A DNA stretch of 20,000 nucleotides from Chiloscyllium plagiosum (taxonomy: Eukaryota). Where the stretch lies: the NCBI RefSeq assembly GCF_004010195.1, contig NC_057757.1:9967385-9987384 (forward strand). The letters run 5' to 3'. Position numbers and translations under genes: made by a program. This document shows positions 9,700 through 20,000 of the stretch, in pieces. The notes beneath the pieces are model-generated. The model was given only the letters and a program-made list of their open reading frames with translations, had not been told where the DNA came from and did not search any database. Positions within the stretch are counted from its first letter, which is position 1. The number at the start of each line of letters is the position of its first letter.

Positions 9700-10195
9700 T
9701 TCATAATCCACCTAAACATCTTTAGACTGTGGGAGGAAGCCGGAAAATGTATGTGTGGGCGGCATGGTGGCACAGTGGTTAGCACTGCTGCCTCACAGCG
9801 CCAAAGACCCAGGTTCAATTCCCGCCTCAGGCGACTGTCTGTGTGGAGTTGGCACATTCTCCCCGTGTCTGCGTGGGTTTCCTCTGGGTGCTCCGGTTTC
9901 CTCCCACAGTCCAAAGATGTGCAGGTTAGGTGAATTGGCCATGCTAAATTGCCCGTAGTGTTAGGTAAAGGGGTAAATGTAGGGGTATGGGTAGTTTGCA
10001 CTTCGGCGGGTCAGTGTGGACTTGTTGGGCTGAAGGGCCTGTTTCCACACTGTAAGTAATCTAATCTAAAATCTGGAGGAAACCCACATAGACACAGGGA
10101 GAATGTGCAAACTCCACACAGTCATCGGAGGGTGCATTTGAACCCAAGTCCCTGGCCCTCTGAAGCAGCAGTGCTAACCACTGAGCCCCCTGCCA
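9700..10195 (-). mobile_element. HE1-like SINE interrupted by an opposite-strand SINE
   Basis: acatctttagactgtgggaggaagccgg (to ~9748) resumes as ctggaggaaacccacatagacacagggagaatgtgc...gtgctaaccactgagcc (10071-10195). Confidence 0.8.
9757..10069 (+). mobile_element. Full-length HE1-type tRNA-derived V-SINE
   Basis: A box tggcacagtgg at 9768-9778, B box ggttcaattcc at 9812-9822, central conserved domain, CR1-like tail ending taatctaatctaa. Confidence 0.92.
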
Positions 10196-10429
10196 CTCTT
10201 CAGATCTTACATAAACAATATGAATCAGTATTCTGTTGGATGCAAGAGAAAAAGGAATGGATTGTCTTGGTGGTTGATGCTGCAGTGAAGAAAATTCTTC
10301 AACCTCCCTTCATTGAATGTTGGGGCAGAGCAGATATTAAAGTCTAACTGAGAGGAGAAATGCTTGCTACCCATTGTTACATTGAAAGAGAGATCACAGA
10401 GACCCTGTCTATGTTTCCTAACCACTATT

Positions 10430-10598
10430 CATCATTTTATTCTTACATGGGATGTAGGTGTCACATGTTTCCCTTCGCTAACTGAAATATTCCAGAGTGC
10501 CATTCTGTTCAAGAAGGCAGTCAACAGTTAACCACATTTCCTAGGTGTGGAGTCACCAGACTAGGGAAGGATGGCAGATTTCCTTCCCTAAAGGACAG
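10430..10598 (-). mobile_element. Short non-autonomous element sharing both ends with the 15525-19000 LINE
   Basis: ttttattcttacatgggatgtagg resembles 15525-15550; aaccacatt..ggagtcac..cagatttccttccctaaaggaca resembles 18914-18972. Confidence 0.6.
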
Positions 10599-10741
10599 TA
10601 CTCCATATAAGGTAGCAGTGGTGCCAGTATGTCTGACAAACCACCATGACACCTCCCTTATTTGGTCAATGCAGGAGGCTGCAGGTTACAGGTTACAGGA
10701 CAGCTCACACAATTTTTAATCTAGGTCAGAGTTTAAACTAG

Positions 10742-10918
10742 AGCTGAAATTGTGTTGCTGGAGAAGAGCAGCAGGTCAGGCAGCATCCAAGGAGCAGGAG
10801 AATTGACGTTTCAGGCATGAGCCCTTCTTCAAGAATTCCTGAAGAATTCGTGCTGCGCTTTTTCAGCAACACATTTTTCAGCTCTGATCTCCAGCATCTG
10901 CAGTCCTCACTTTCTCCC
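10742..10918. mobile_element. Fold-back Penelope-like mini-element with 15-bp TSD
   Basis: TSD cagagttta(a/g)actag at 10727-10741 and 10919-10933. Arms meet at gaattc (10833-10838). Minus-strand hammerhead ttc-TTGAAGA-a-gggc-tcat-gcct-GAAAC-GTC at 10802-10835. Confidence 0.88.
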
Positions 10919-11089
10919 CAGAGTTTAGACTAGCTTAACCAAAGTCTGTAGCAGATTCGATTGTATCACTTAACCAGCGTCCTAGCTATTTCCCCTGCTG
11001 GCCACCTGACCGCATCCCCATTGTCTTTCCTGAGTGAACGTTCCTTTTCTTAAAGGAAGTAAAGCTGAGGTAAAATAGTTTACTTATTG

Positions 11090-12280
11090 CATAGAATCTA
11101 CCAACAACAACTCTGGAGACTGTCTGATGAAGAGGCTCCTTGCAGTGTAGGAAGTCAGACCACTTACAGAGAAGCAGGAACAAAACTTCATTCTAGTTCA
11201 ATCATCAGTGGATGTAAATGAGGCTCAAAGTAATCCTGCAGCTCAACAAATTGGCCACAGTATGAGATCTCTTGGATTATGGAGTTAGAGACAGGTCTTC
11301 AATTACAAGACAGTGGTCTCACAGCTCTGACGTAGATTCATGAACACGGATGCTTTGAGCAGGGTGGAAAACACCTGACCTGCATCAACGGAAGGTAAAC
11401 TTTCTGCAACCTATCTTTCCAATCATGGAAAGAAAGCATTAATACAAATTTGATATATTTGGAGAATTACTTTAAACTTCAGGAAAGACCCATCAAGAAG
11501 AAATCAATGACTACAAGGAGAAAGGAAGTGGCTAAACAAGATACAGGACATGCTCAAGTCCAAATTTGGATCATGGGGTTGGGACAGTGGCTTAGTGGTT
11601 CACATTGCTGCCTCACAGCGCCAGGGAGCCGGGTTCTATTCCACCTTCAGGCTACTGTCTGTGTGGAGTTTTTGCACATTCTACCCATGTCTGTGTGGGT
11701 TCCTTCTGGATGCTCTGATTTCCTCCCACAGCCTAAAGATGTGCAGGTTAGGGTGGATTGACCATGGTTAATTTGTCACATTGTGTCCATGGACGTGCAG
11801 GTGAGATGGATTGGCCATGGGAAATGCAGAGTTACAGGTATGAGTATGGGTGGGGTGCTCTTTGGAGGGTCAGGGTGGATTCGATGGGCTGAATGGCCTG
11901 CTTCCATGCTGTAGTGATTCTTCGAAACAGCCAACATTTAGAAAATCAATAAGCAGTGTAACTGGCAGCCATCACATTAACAGGGTATTTACCCACCTGG
12001 GACTTTTTAAAAAGCTGTCAAACTGGGGGAGCACGTTATCAAGCTTCAGGGGTGCACAATGCCTTTTTGGAGACTAGATTTGTGTATCTGAAAGAGCTTG
12101 ATTTGACATAGTTTTAACAACTGAAGTAGGCTAACCACGTTAAAGGGAGTGCTGATCACAAAAGCCCCACTCGCTGCCCTCTCACAACGCAGCAAACCAT
12201 GGGCACTTCACAAAAAGAAGCTTCCAAGTTGAATGTCACAGATATCTGACAGACATCATCAATGTTCTCATGCAATTAAT
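11090..12280 (+). mobile_element. Possible very old Gypsy LTR retrotransposon pol relic (RNase H end, integrase start)
   Basis: WIMELE (11273-11290), FNYK..MNTDALSR (11298-11363), KAPLAALSQRSKPW (12161-12202) and HRYLTDII in the expected order; many stops and frameshifts. Confidence 0.35.
11575..11920 (+). mobile_element. HE1-related SINE, older and longer subfamily
   Basis: gtggcttagtggttcacattgctgcctcacagcgccaggg..gggttctattcc head, conserved core, gggctgaatggcctgcttcca tail. Confidence 0.85.
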
Positions 12281-12394
12281 ATCACAAAGAGACACAAAGA
12301 GATGGATGATTGATGGATGACATGGAAATGTTCAGATCTCTAAAGGGGGGTGAAATTTTCCCTCAGGTAATGGCTTACAGCGATTTTAGAGAGT

Positions 12395-12728
12395 CACAGA
12401 GTACTAGAGTCCTACAGCACAGAGACAGGCCCTTCAGCCCAAACTGGTCTACGCTGGCCAAAATATCCATTCACACTAAACCAATTTCTCTGCTGGCTCA
12501 TATTCTTTTAATCCTTTCCTATCTATGTATTTGTCCAAATGCCTTCGAAATATTGTTAATGTACCCCCGCCTCAACCACTTCCGCTGGCAGCTCAGTCGA
12601 TGTGCGTACCACCCTCTTTGTAAAAAGTTGCCCCTCAGGTTCCCTTTTATTCTCTCCCCTCTAACCTTAAACTGATGCCCCCTAGTACTCAAACCCCAAC
12701 CCTGGGGAAAAGACTGAGTGCATTCACT
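12395..12728 (-). mobile_element. CR1-clade LINE 3' end
   Basis: ORF 12519-12773: TRGHQFKVRGERIKGNLRGNFLQR; tail reverse complement gggctgaagggcctgtctctgtgctgtaggactcta. Confidence 0.88.
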
Positions 12729-13182
12729 CCACTGTTTTACTCTACAAGGAGTAATTAACACTTCATACTCCATTTAACTATTAACGTTTATCCACTAACA
12801 TTTAACTTTTTACACTGACTTCCACTCCCAGCTAAAAATATCTCTGACTTTATTTGTTCACCTCCAGTAGGATTATCAATTCTCTTTGAGGATGTATCTG
12901 ATGTATTAGCTCCCTTCTCCCATTCTCGGGAAGATTGAACATAGATGCCGTGAGATACCAGCTTCTCGACAGACAAGGGCCAGAATGCCAACAAAAAGTG
13001 CAGGTGTATTACCACATGGGACAATGGGGTTCTATTAGAAGTTCCTACTTAGCAATGTGGTCTGCACTGTGTGGCAAATTGGGTTACTTCCTCTCATTTC
13101 TAAACCTTTTGCTTATCAAAAGACTATCCTCATTCTGCAGACAATCTCCTCTGTCAGGGGTTTGCTTATCTCTGATCATTAC

Positions 13183-13391
13183 TGTTTCACATAGAGGATG
13201 GTGTGGGTATGGAATGAGCTGTCTGAGGAAGTGGTGGAGACTGGTACCATTACAACATTTAAAAGGCATCTGGTTGGCTATATGAATAGGAAGGGGTTTA
13301 GAGGGATATGGGCCAAGCGCTGCCAAATTGAACTAGGTCAGATTAGATGTTCTGGTTGGTGCAGATGAGTTGGATCGAAGGGTCTGTATCA
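13183..13391 (+). mobile_element. CR1 3' end fragment abutting the next CR1 copy
   Basis: Similar to 14582-14788 (tggaatgagctg..acaacatttaaaaggcatctgg..gagttggatcgaagggtctgt). Confidence 0.85.
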
Positions 13392-14818
13392 TTGATAGTC
13401 ACAGGTGAGGTGCCAGAAGAACTGGAGGTTGGCTAATGTGGTACTACTATTTAAGAAAGGTGGTTAGGACAAGCCAGGGAACTATAGACCAGTGAGCCTG
13501 ACGTCGGTGGTGGGCAAGTTGTTGGAGGGAATACTGAGTGACAGGATTTACACATATTTGGAAAGGCAAGGACTGATTAGGGATAGTCAACATGGCTTTG
13601 TGCGTGGGAAATCATGTCTCACAAACTTGATTGAGTTTTTTGAGGAAGTAACAAAGAGGATTGATATGGATTTTAGTAAGGTGTTCAACAAGGTTCCCTG
13701 GGAGACTGGTCAGCAAGGTTAGATCTCATGGAATACAAGGAGAACTAGCCATTTGGATACAGAACTGGCTCAAAGGTAGAAGACAGAGGGTGGTGGTGAA
13801 GAGTTGTTTTTCAGACTGGAGGCCTGTGACCAATGGAGTACCACAAGGATCGGTGCTGGGTCCACTCCTTTTTGTCATTTCTATAAATGATTTGAATGTC
13901 AACAAAGGAGGTATAGTTGTTAAATTTGCAGATGACACCAAAATTGGAGGTGTAGTGGACAGCGAAGAAGGTTACCTCAGATGACACCAAGATCTTGATC
14001 AAATTGACCAATGGGCTGAGCAGTGGAAGATGCAATTTAATTTAGATAAATGCAAGGTGTTGCATGACTTATACATTTAATGGTAAGGTCCCAGGGAGTG
14101 TTGCTGAACAAAGAGACCTTGGAGTACAGCTTCATAGCTCCTTGAAAGTGGAGTCGCAGGTAGATAGGATAGTGAAGAAGGCATTTGGTATGCTTTCCTT
14201 TATTGGTCAGAGTATTGAGTACAGAAGTTGAGAGGTCATGTTGTGGCTGTACAGGACATTAGTTAGGCCACTGTTGGAATATTGCATGCAATTCTGGTCT
14301 CCTTCCTATCGGAACAATGTTGTGAAACTTGAAAGGGTTCAGAAAAGATTTCCAAGGATTTTGCCAGGGTTGAAGGATTTGAGATATAGGGATGGTTGAA
14401 TAGGGTGGGGCTGTTTTCCCTGGAGCAATATAGAGATGATCTTATAGAGGTTTACAAAATTTTGAGGGGCATGGATAGGATAAATAGGCAAAGTCTTTTC
14501 CCTGGGGTGGGGGAGTTCAGAACTTGAGGGCATAGGTTTGGGGTGAGGGGGAAAGATATAAAAGAGACCTAAGGGGCAACTTTTTCATGCAGAGGGTGAT
14601 GCATGTATAGAATGAGCTACCAGAGGAAGTGGTGGAGTCTAGTACAATTGCAACATTTAAAAGGCATCTGGATGGGTATGTGAATAGGAAGGATTCAAAG
14701 AGATATGTGTCGGGTGCTGGTAGGTGGGACTGGATTAGGTTAGCATATCTGGGTTGGCATGGATGAGTTGGACCGAAGGGTCTGTTTCTGTGCTGTACAT
14801 CTCCATGATCAATGACTC
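13392..14818 (+). mobile_element. 5'-truncated CR1-clade (HER1-like) LINE with frameshifted RT
   Basis: SLTSVVGKLLE, SQHGFVRGKSCLTNL, MDFSKVF, GVPQGSVLGPLLF, KFADDTKIGG; 3' UTR ends ctccatgatcaatgact. Confidence 0.93.
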
Positions 14819-15524
14819 CTGACTTGTTCCTTGTAGATGGATGACAGGAGTCAGATTGTGAGTTACAATGCCTTGCGTGTAAATAGTTAAGATTGATTAA
14901 GCCCGTTAATTTTTATTCAGGTAAGTGAAGACCTCAAATTACTGAGATAGCTGAAGATATGAATACCAAAGGAGGGACAGTAAAAATTGGGCATGAATAA
15001 CAACATTCAGAAGGAGGGGACTCAGCAGAAAGAAGTAAAATGCATACTTTTTTTTAAAAACAAAGTTTATTGAGCTCACCAATAATTCTAAAGCTTGCTT
15101 CTGTCCAAATGACACATTCAAGATACAAAATACTTCAGTTTCTTAGGACCTACCATTAAAATCACTAGCACAGTACAACAGTTAACTTCACTAAATCAGG
15201 CATATTATTCCTAACAATTAATAACAAAGTTATTCTGGAAACAATCATTCAGACAATCATTAGCAGTGCTGTTTAGAGTCAGTTTACATCTTGTTAGGGA
15301 AAGCTCTATTTACACATAGTCACCTTTTTTGTTTCTCAATGCAGATTTCCACGAGGATACTGCGTTCTCCAACATGGGATTTCAGATTCTCAATATGATG
15401 GAGTTAACTTGAACTCAATTCAGTCCTTTTTTTGTCTCTGCTTCATCTGATGATGTCCCGTACTGAGCTGATTGCAGCCATCGACACAAATGGAGAGTCC
15501 AGAGGCCACTCAATCACAAGTTTG

Positions 15525-18500
15525 TTTTATTCATTTGTGGGACTTGGGCATTGCTGTCTGGCCAGCATTGACAGCCCATCCTTATTTGCCCTTGAGAAGG
15601 TGGTGGTGAGCTGCTATCTTGAATCGCTGCAGTCCACTTGAATCGCTGCATTGACCCACAATGCCAGTAGGAAGAGGATTCCAGGATTTTTACCCAATGA
15701 TTGTGAAGGAATGGTGATACATTTCCATGTCAGGCTGGTGAGCGGCTTAGAGGGGAACTTGCAGGTGGTGGTGTTCCCAAGTACCTGCTGCCCTTGTCCT
15801 TCCAGATGGAAGTGGTCATGGGTTTGGAAGGTGCTGTCTCAGGATCTTTGGTGAATTTCTGCAGTGCATCTTGTAGATAGCACACACTGCTGCCACTGGG
15901 CACCGGTGGTGGAGGGGTTGAATGTTTGTAGATGTGATGCTAATCAAGCGGGCTGCTTTGTCATGGATGGTTTGATTAGATTAAATTAGATTCCCTACAG
16001 TATGGAAACAGCCCTTCAGCCCAACAAATCCACACCGACCCTCCAAAGAGTAATCCACCCAGACCCATTCCCCTATCCTATATTTACCCCTGACTAATAC
16101 ACCTATCACTATGGGCAATTTAGCATGGTCAATTCACCTGACCCGCACATCTTTGGATTGTGGGAGGAAACCGGAGCACCCAGAGGAAACCTATGCAAAC
16201 ACGGGGAGAATGTGCAAACTCCACACAGACAGTCACCTGAGGAGGCAGGAATTGAACCTGGGTCCCTGGCCATGTGCTAACCACTGAGCTACCGTGCCGC
16301 CCCAATGGTGTCAAGCTTCTTGAGTGTGGTTGGACCTGCATCCATCCAGGCAAATGGGGAGTGTTCCATCACACTCCTCATTTGTGCCTTGGAAATGGTG
16401 GCTAGACTTTGGGGTGTCAGGAGATGAGACTCGCTGCAGTATCCTCGTCTCTGACTTGCTCTTGTAGCCACTGTGTTCATGTGGTGAGTCCAATTGAGTT
16501 GCTGGTCAATGGTAACTCCAAGGACGTTGACAGTGGGTGATTCAGTAATAGTAATACCATTAATTGTCAAAGGGTAGTGGTTCAAGTGTCGCTTATTGGT
16601 GATGGTCATTGCCCGGCATTTGTGTGCCGTGAATGTTACTTGGCACTTGTTGGCCAAAGCCTGGATATTATCCAGATCTTGTTGCAATTGAGCACGGATT
16701 GCTTCAGTATCTGAGGAGTCGCGAATGCTACTGAACACTGTTCAATTATTTGCGAGCATCCCTAATTCTGATCTTATGACAGAGGGAAGGTAATTGATGA
16801 AGCAGCTGAAGATGTTTGGGCCTAGGACACTACCCTAAGAGACTCCTGGAACTGAGATGACTCACCCTCCATAACCACAACCATCTTCCTTTGTGCCAGG
16901 TATGACTCTAACCAATGGATGTTGCCCCCCCATACTCATTGATTCTAGTTTTGCCAGGGCTCCTTGATGCCATACCCGGTCAAATGCAGCCTTGATGTGA
17001 GGGTCTGTCACTCTCCCCTCCACTCTGGAATTCAGCTCTTTTGTCCATGTTTGAACCGAGGCTGTAATGAGGTCAGGAGCTGAGTGACCCTCGTGAAACC
17101 CAACCTGGGCATCACTGAGCAGGTTATTGCTGAGCAGGTGCTGTTTGATGGCCCTGTTGATGACTTTACTGATGAAGGAGCATAGACAGATTAGGCAATA
17201 ATTGGCCGGGTTGGATTTCTCCTGCATTTTGTGTACAGAACATACCTGTGCAATTTTCTGTTCACTGATGTGTTCAGCACAGTGTTCAGCACCATTCATG
17301 ACTCCTCAGATACCGAAGCAGTCTGTGCACAAATGCAACAAGATGCCAGGGTAGATGTCAGTGTTAAAACTTTACTGGAAGAGCTTGGTTTGGGGATCAG
17401 AAAGTTCTGGAGTTCACGTCTTCAGTACTATTGCCAGAATGTTCTCAGGGCCCATTGCCTTTGCAGTATCCAGTGCCTCCAGCCATTTCTGGATATTTCG
17501 GGGAGTGAATGGAATTGCCTGGAGACTGGTATCTGTGAGGCTGGGGACCACTGTAGTAGCCTGAGATGGATCATCTACTCAGCACTTCTGACTGAAGATT
17601 GTTGCAAATGCATCAGCCTTATCTTTTACACTGATGTGCTGGGCTCCTCCATCATTGAGGATGGGGATATTTGTGGAGCAGCTCCTCCAGTGAGTTGTTA
17701 AATTGTCCAGCACCATTCACGACTGGATGTGGAAGGACTGCAGAGCTTAGATCTGATGTGTTGGTTGTGGGAGCACTGAGCTCTGTCTATCACTTCCTGT
17801 TTATGCCTATTTAGTACCTTCACCAGGTTGACACCTCATCTTTAGATCTGCCTGGTACTGCTCCTGGCACGCCCTCCTGCAGTTTCCTTTGAGCCAAGGT
17901 TGATCCTCTGGCTTGATGGCAATGGTTGAGTGGGCGATGTACCAGGCCATGAGGTTACAGATTGTGCTGGAGTACAATTCTGCTGCTGTTGATGACCCAC
18001 AGCGCCTCATGAATGCCTAGTCTTAAACTGCTAGATCGGTTCGAAGTCTGTCCCATTTAGCACAGTGATAGCACCACACAACAAAATGGAGAGTATTCTC
18101 AATGTGAAGGCGGGACTTTGTTTCCATAAGGACAGTGCGGTGGTCACTTTTATCTATACTGTCATGGACAGATGCTCCTGAAGCCAGCAGATGATTATGG
18201 ATGATGTCCAGTATGCTTTTCCCTCTTGTTGACTCCTTCACCACCTTCCACAGACCCGGTCTAGCAGTTATATCCTTTAGCGCCCGACAAGCTCGATCAG
18301 TAATGCTGTTGCTGAGACACTCTTGGTGGTGAACATTGAAATCCCCCACCAAGAGTACATTCTGTGCCTTTGCCACCCTCAGTGTTTCCTCCAAGTGTTG
18401 TTCAACATGGAGGAGCACTGATTCATCAGCTGAAGGAGGACAATACTTGATAACCAGTAAGAGGTTTCCTTGCCCATGTTTAGCCTGAAGCCATGAGACC

Positions 18501-19000
18501 TCATGGGGTCCAGAGTCGACGTCAAGGACTCCTGGGGCAACTCCCTCCTGACTGCATGCCACTGTGCAGCCACCTCGGCTGGGTCTGTCCTGCCAGTGGG
18601 ACAGGCCATATAGAGGGATGGTAAAGGTGGTGTCTGGGGTGTTATCTGGAAGGAATGATTCTGTAAGAATGACTACATCAGGCTGTTGCTTGACTCGTCT
18701 GTGAGACAGTTCTCCCAATTTCAGCATGTGCTCCCAGATTTCAGTGAGGAGAACTTTGCATGGTCAACAGAGCTGTTTGTGTTTTTGCCGTTGTATTTTC
18801 TGGTTCCAAGGTCAATGCCAGGTGGTCCAGGGTTTCATTTCTTTGTTGTGAGTGTCTAGCGATTGATACGACTGAGTGGCCTGTGAGGCCATTTCAGAGG
18901 GCAGTGGAGAATCAACCACATTGCTGTGGCTCTGGAGTCACATGGAGGCCAGATTTCCTTCCCTAAAGGGCATTAGTGAACCAGCTGGGCTTTTCTGATA
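15525..19000 (-). mobile_element. Near full-length degenerate APE-RT LINE (CR1/L2 group); 5' end runs into the gap
   Basis: APE in 18023-18727 (PDVVILTES, YCPPS, VGDFNVHH, SDH); RT in 16862-17299 (NPANY, LSDAQVGF, IKAAFDRVWH) and 16289-16738 (LQQDLDNIQ, LGVTIDQQLNW); 3' end atgaataaaa on the minus strand. Confidence 0.9.
15974..16303 (-). mobile_element. Full-length HE1-like SINE inserted in the LINE
   Basis: Head gggcggcacggtagctcagtggttagca and (aatct)n tail on the minus strand; atggt occurs on both sides (possible short TSD). Confidence 0.9.
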
Positions 19001-19500
19001 NNNNNNNNNNNNNNNNNNNNNNNNNNNNNNNNNNNNNNNNNNNNNNNNNNNNNNNNNNNNNNNNNNNNNNNNNNNNNNNNNNNNNNNNNNNNNNNNNNNN
19101 NNNNNNNNNNNNNNNNNNNNNNNNNNNNNNNNNNNNNNNNNNNNNNNNNNNNNNNNNNNNNNNNNNNNNNNNNNNNNNNNNNNNNNNNNNNNNNNNNNNN
19201 NNNNNNNNNNNNNNNNNNNNNNNNNNNNNNNNNNNNNNNNNNNNNNNNNNNNNNNNNNNNNNNNNNNNNNNNNNNNNNNNNNNNNNNNNNNNNNNNNNNN
19301 NNNNNNNNNNNNNNNNNNNNNNNNNNNNNNNNNNNNNNNNNNNNNNNNNNNNNNNNNNNNNNNNNNNNNNNNNNNNNNNNNNNNNNNNNNNNNNNNNNNN
19401 NNNNNNNNNNNNNNNNNNNNNNNNNNNNNNNNNNNNNNNNNNNNNNNNNNNNNNNNNNNNNNNNNNNNNNNNNNNNNNNNNNNNNNNNNNNNNNNNNNNN
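19001..19500. other. Assembly gap (500 N)
   Basis: Run of N; the round length suggests a placeholder size. Confidence 0.99.
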
Positions 19501-19784
19501 CATAGAATTATAATGTGCAACATTCACTTAGAATCGAAAGGAAATATGCTACAGAGAACATCATTTATCATATCCAGTCCGAGTTGGTGCAGCTATGAAT
19601 ATGAACTCTCATATCTTATTAATATATTGCATTCCTATATATTGCTTGCATTTTAAAACTGGACAATACCTGTCCTACATATTGACCAAATAGTCTGTTT
19701 GCATTATTTCAACTGTTTCACATTCTCCCAAAGATTATAATCCTGTGTTGGGATTAACTCAATCTTTCTTCAATTTTGAAACAG

Positions 19785-19985
19785 TAATAAACTGGAAATA
19801 CTTAGCAGATCAGGGAGCATCAGAAACAGCTAATGTTAATGATTTTTCCTGAAATTGTCAGAGTTTAAATGGCCTGGTAGGCGAACTCTGTTTGTCTTGC
19901 CACAGATGCTGTCAGACCAGCTCAGTTTCTCCAGCAATTGACTTCTTATTTCAGATTTCCAGCATTTACAGTATTTTACTCTTGT
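19785..19985. mobile_element. Old fold-back Penelope-like terminus
   Basis: ctggaaatacttagcagatcagggagcatc is loosely inverted to gatgctgtcagaccagctcagtttctccag; it ends atttcagatttccagcatttacagta like the other pLTR ends. Confidence 0.55.
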
Positions 19986-20000
19986 TCATTTCTTTCTTAG

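Noticed and set aside
9757..9830. tRNA gene
   Set aside because: The A/B boxes belong to the tRNA-derived SINE head and continue into the SINE body.
11124..11160. ctgatgaagaggctcc.. hammerhead start
   Set aside because: No stem II closed by GAAA downstream.
15448..15492. ctgatga-tgtc...gaca-caaa, a hammerhead look-alike
   Set aside because: No GAAA, no ACGU/UH site, no helix I and no PLE context.
18963..19656. Long ORFs of 184-226 aa
   Set aside because: Artefacts of translating through the N gap.

Overview
Repeat-dense, apparently intergenic or intronic vertebrate DNA. HE1-type V-SINEs with (AATCT)n tails and matching CR1-type LINE 3' ends point to a shark (elasmobranch). I see no intact host protein-coding gene; the ORFs I could assign are decayed transposon fragments. 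Contents: several CR1-clade LINE pieces (one retaining a zinc-finger plus esterase ORF1), a ~3.5 kb degenerate APE-RT LINE ending at a 500-N gap, at least six HE1-like SINE copies or fragments, a Tigger/MER44-like MITE and a possible Gypsy pol relic. Most notable are about eight Penelope-like element (PLE) pieces from several subfamilies. Their termini carry minimal hammerhead ribozyme motifs (CUGANGA-x-stemII-GAAA-CG-UH) with covarying helix I, and several form fold-back mini-elements, two with 15-17 bp target-site duplications. All family names come from recognition by eye, not database searches, and most boundaries are approximate.
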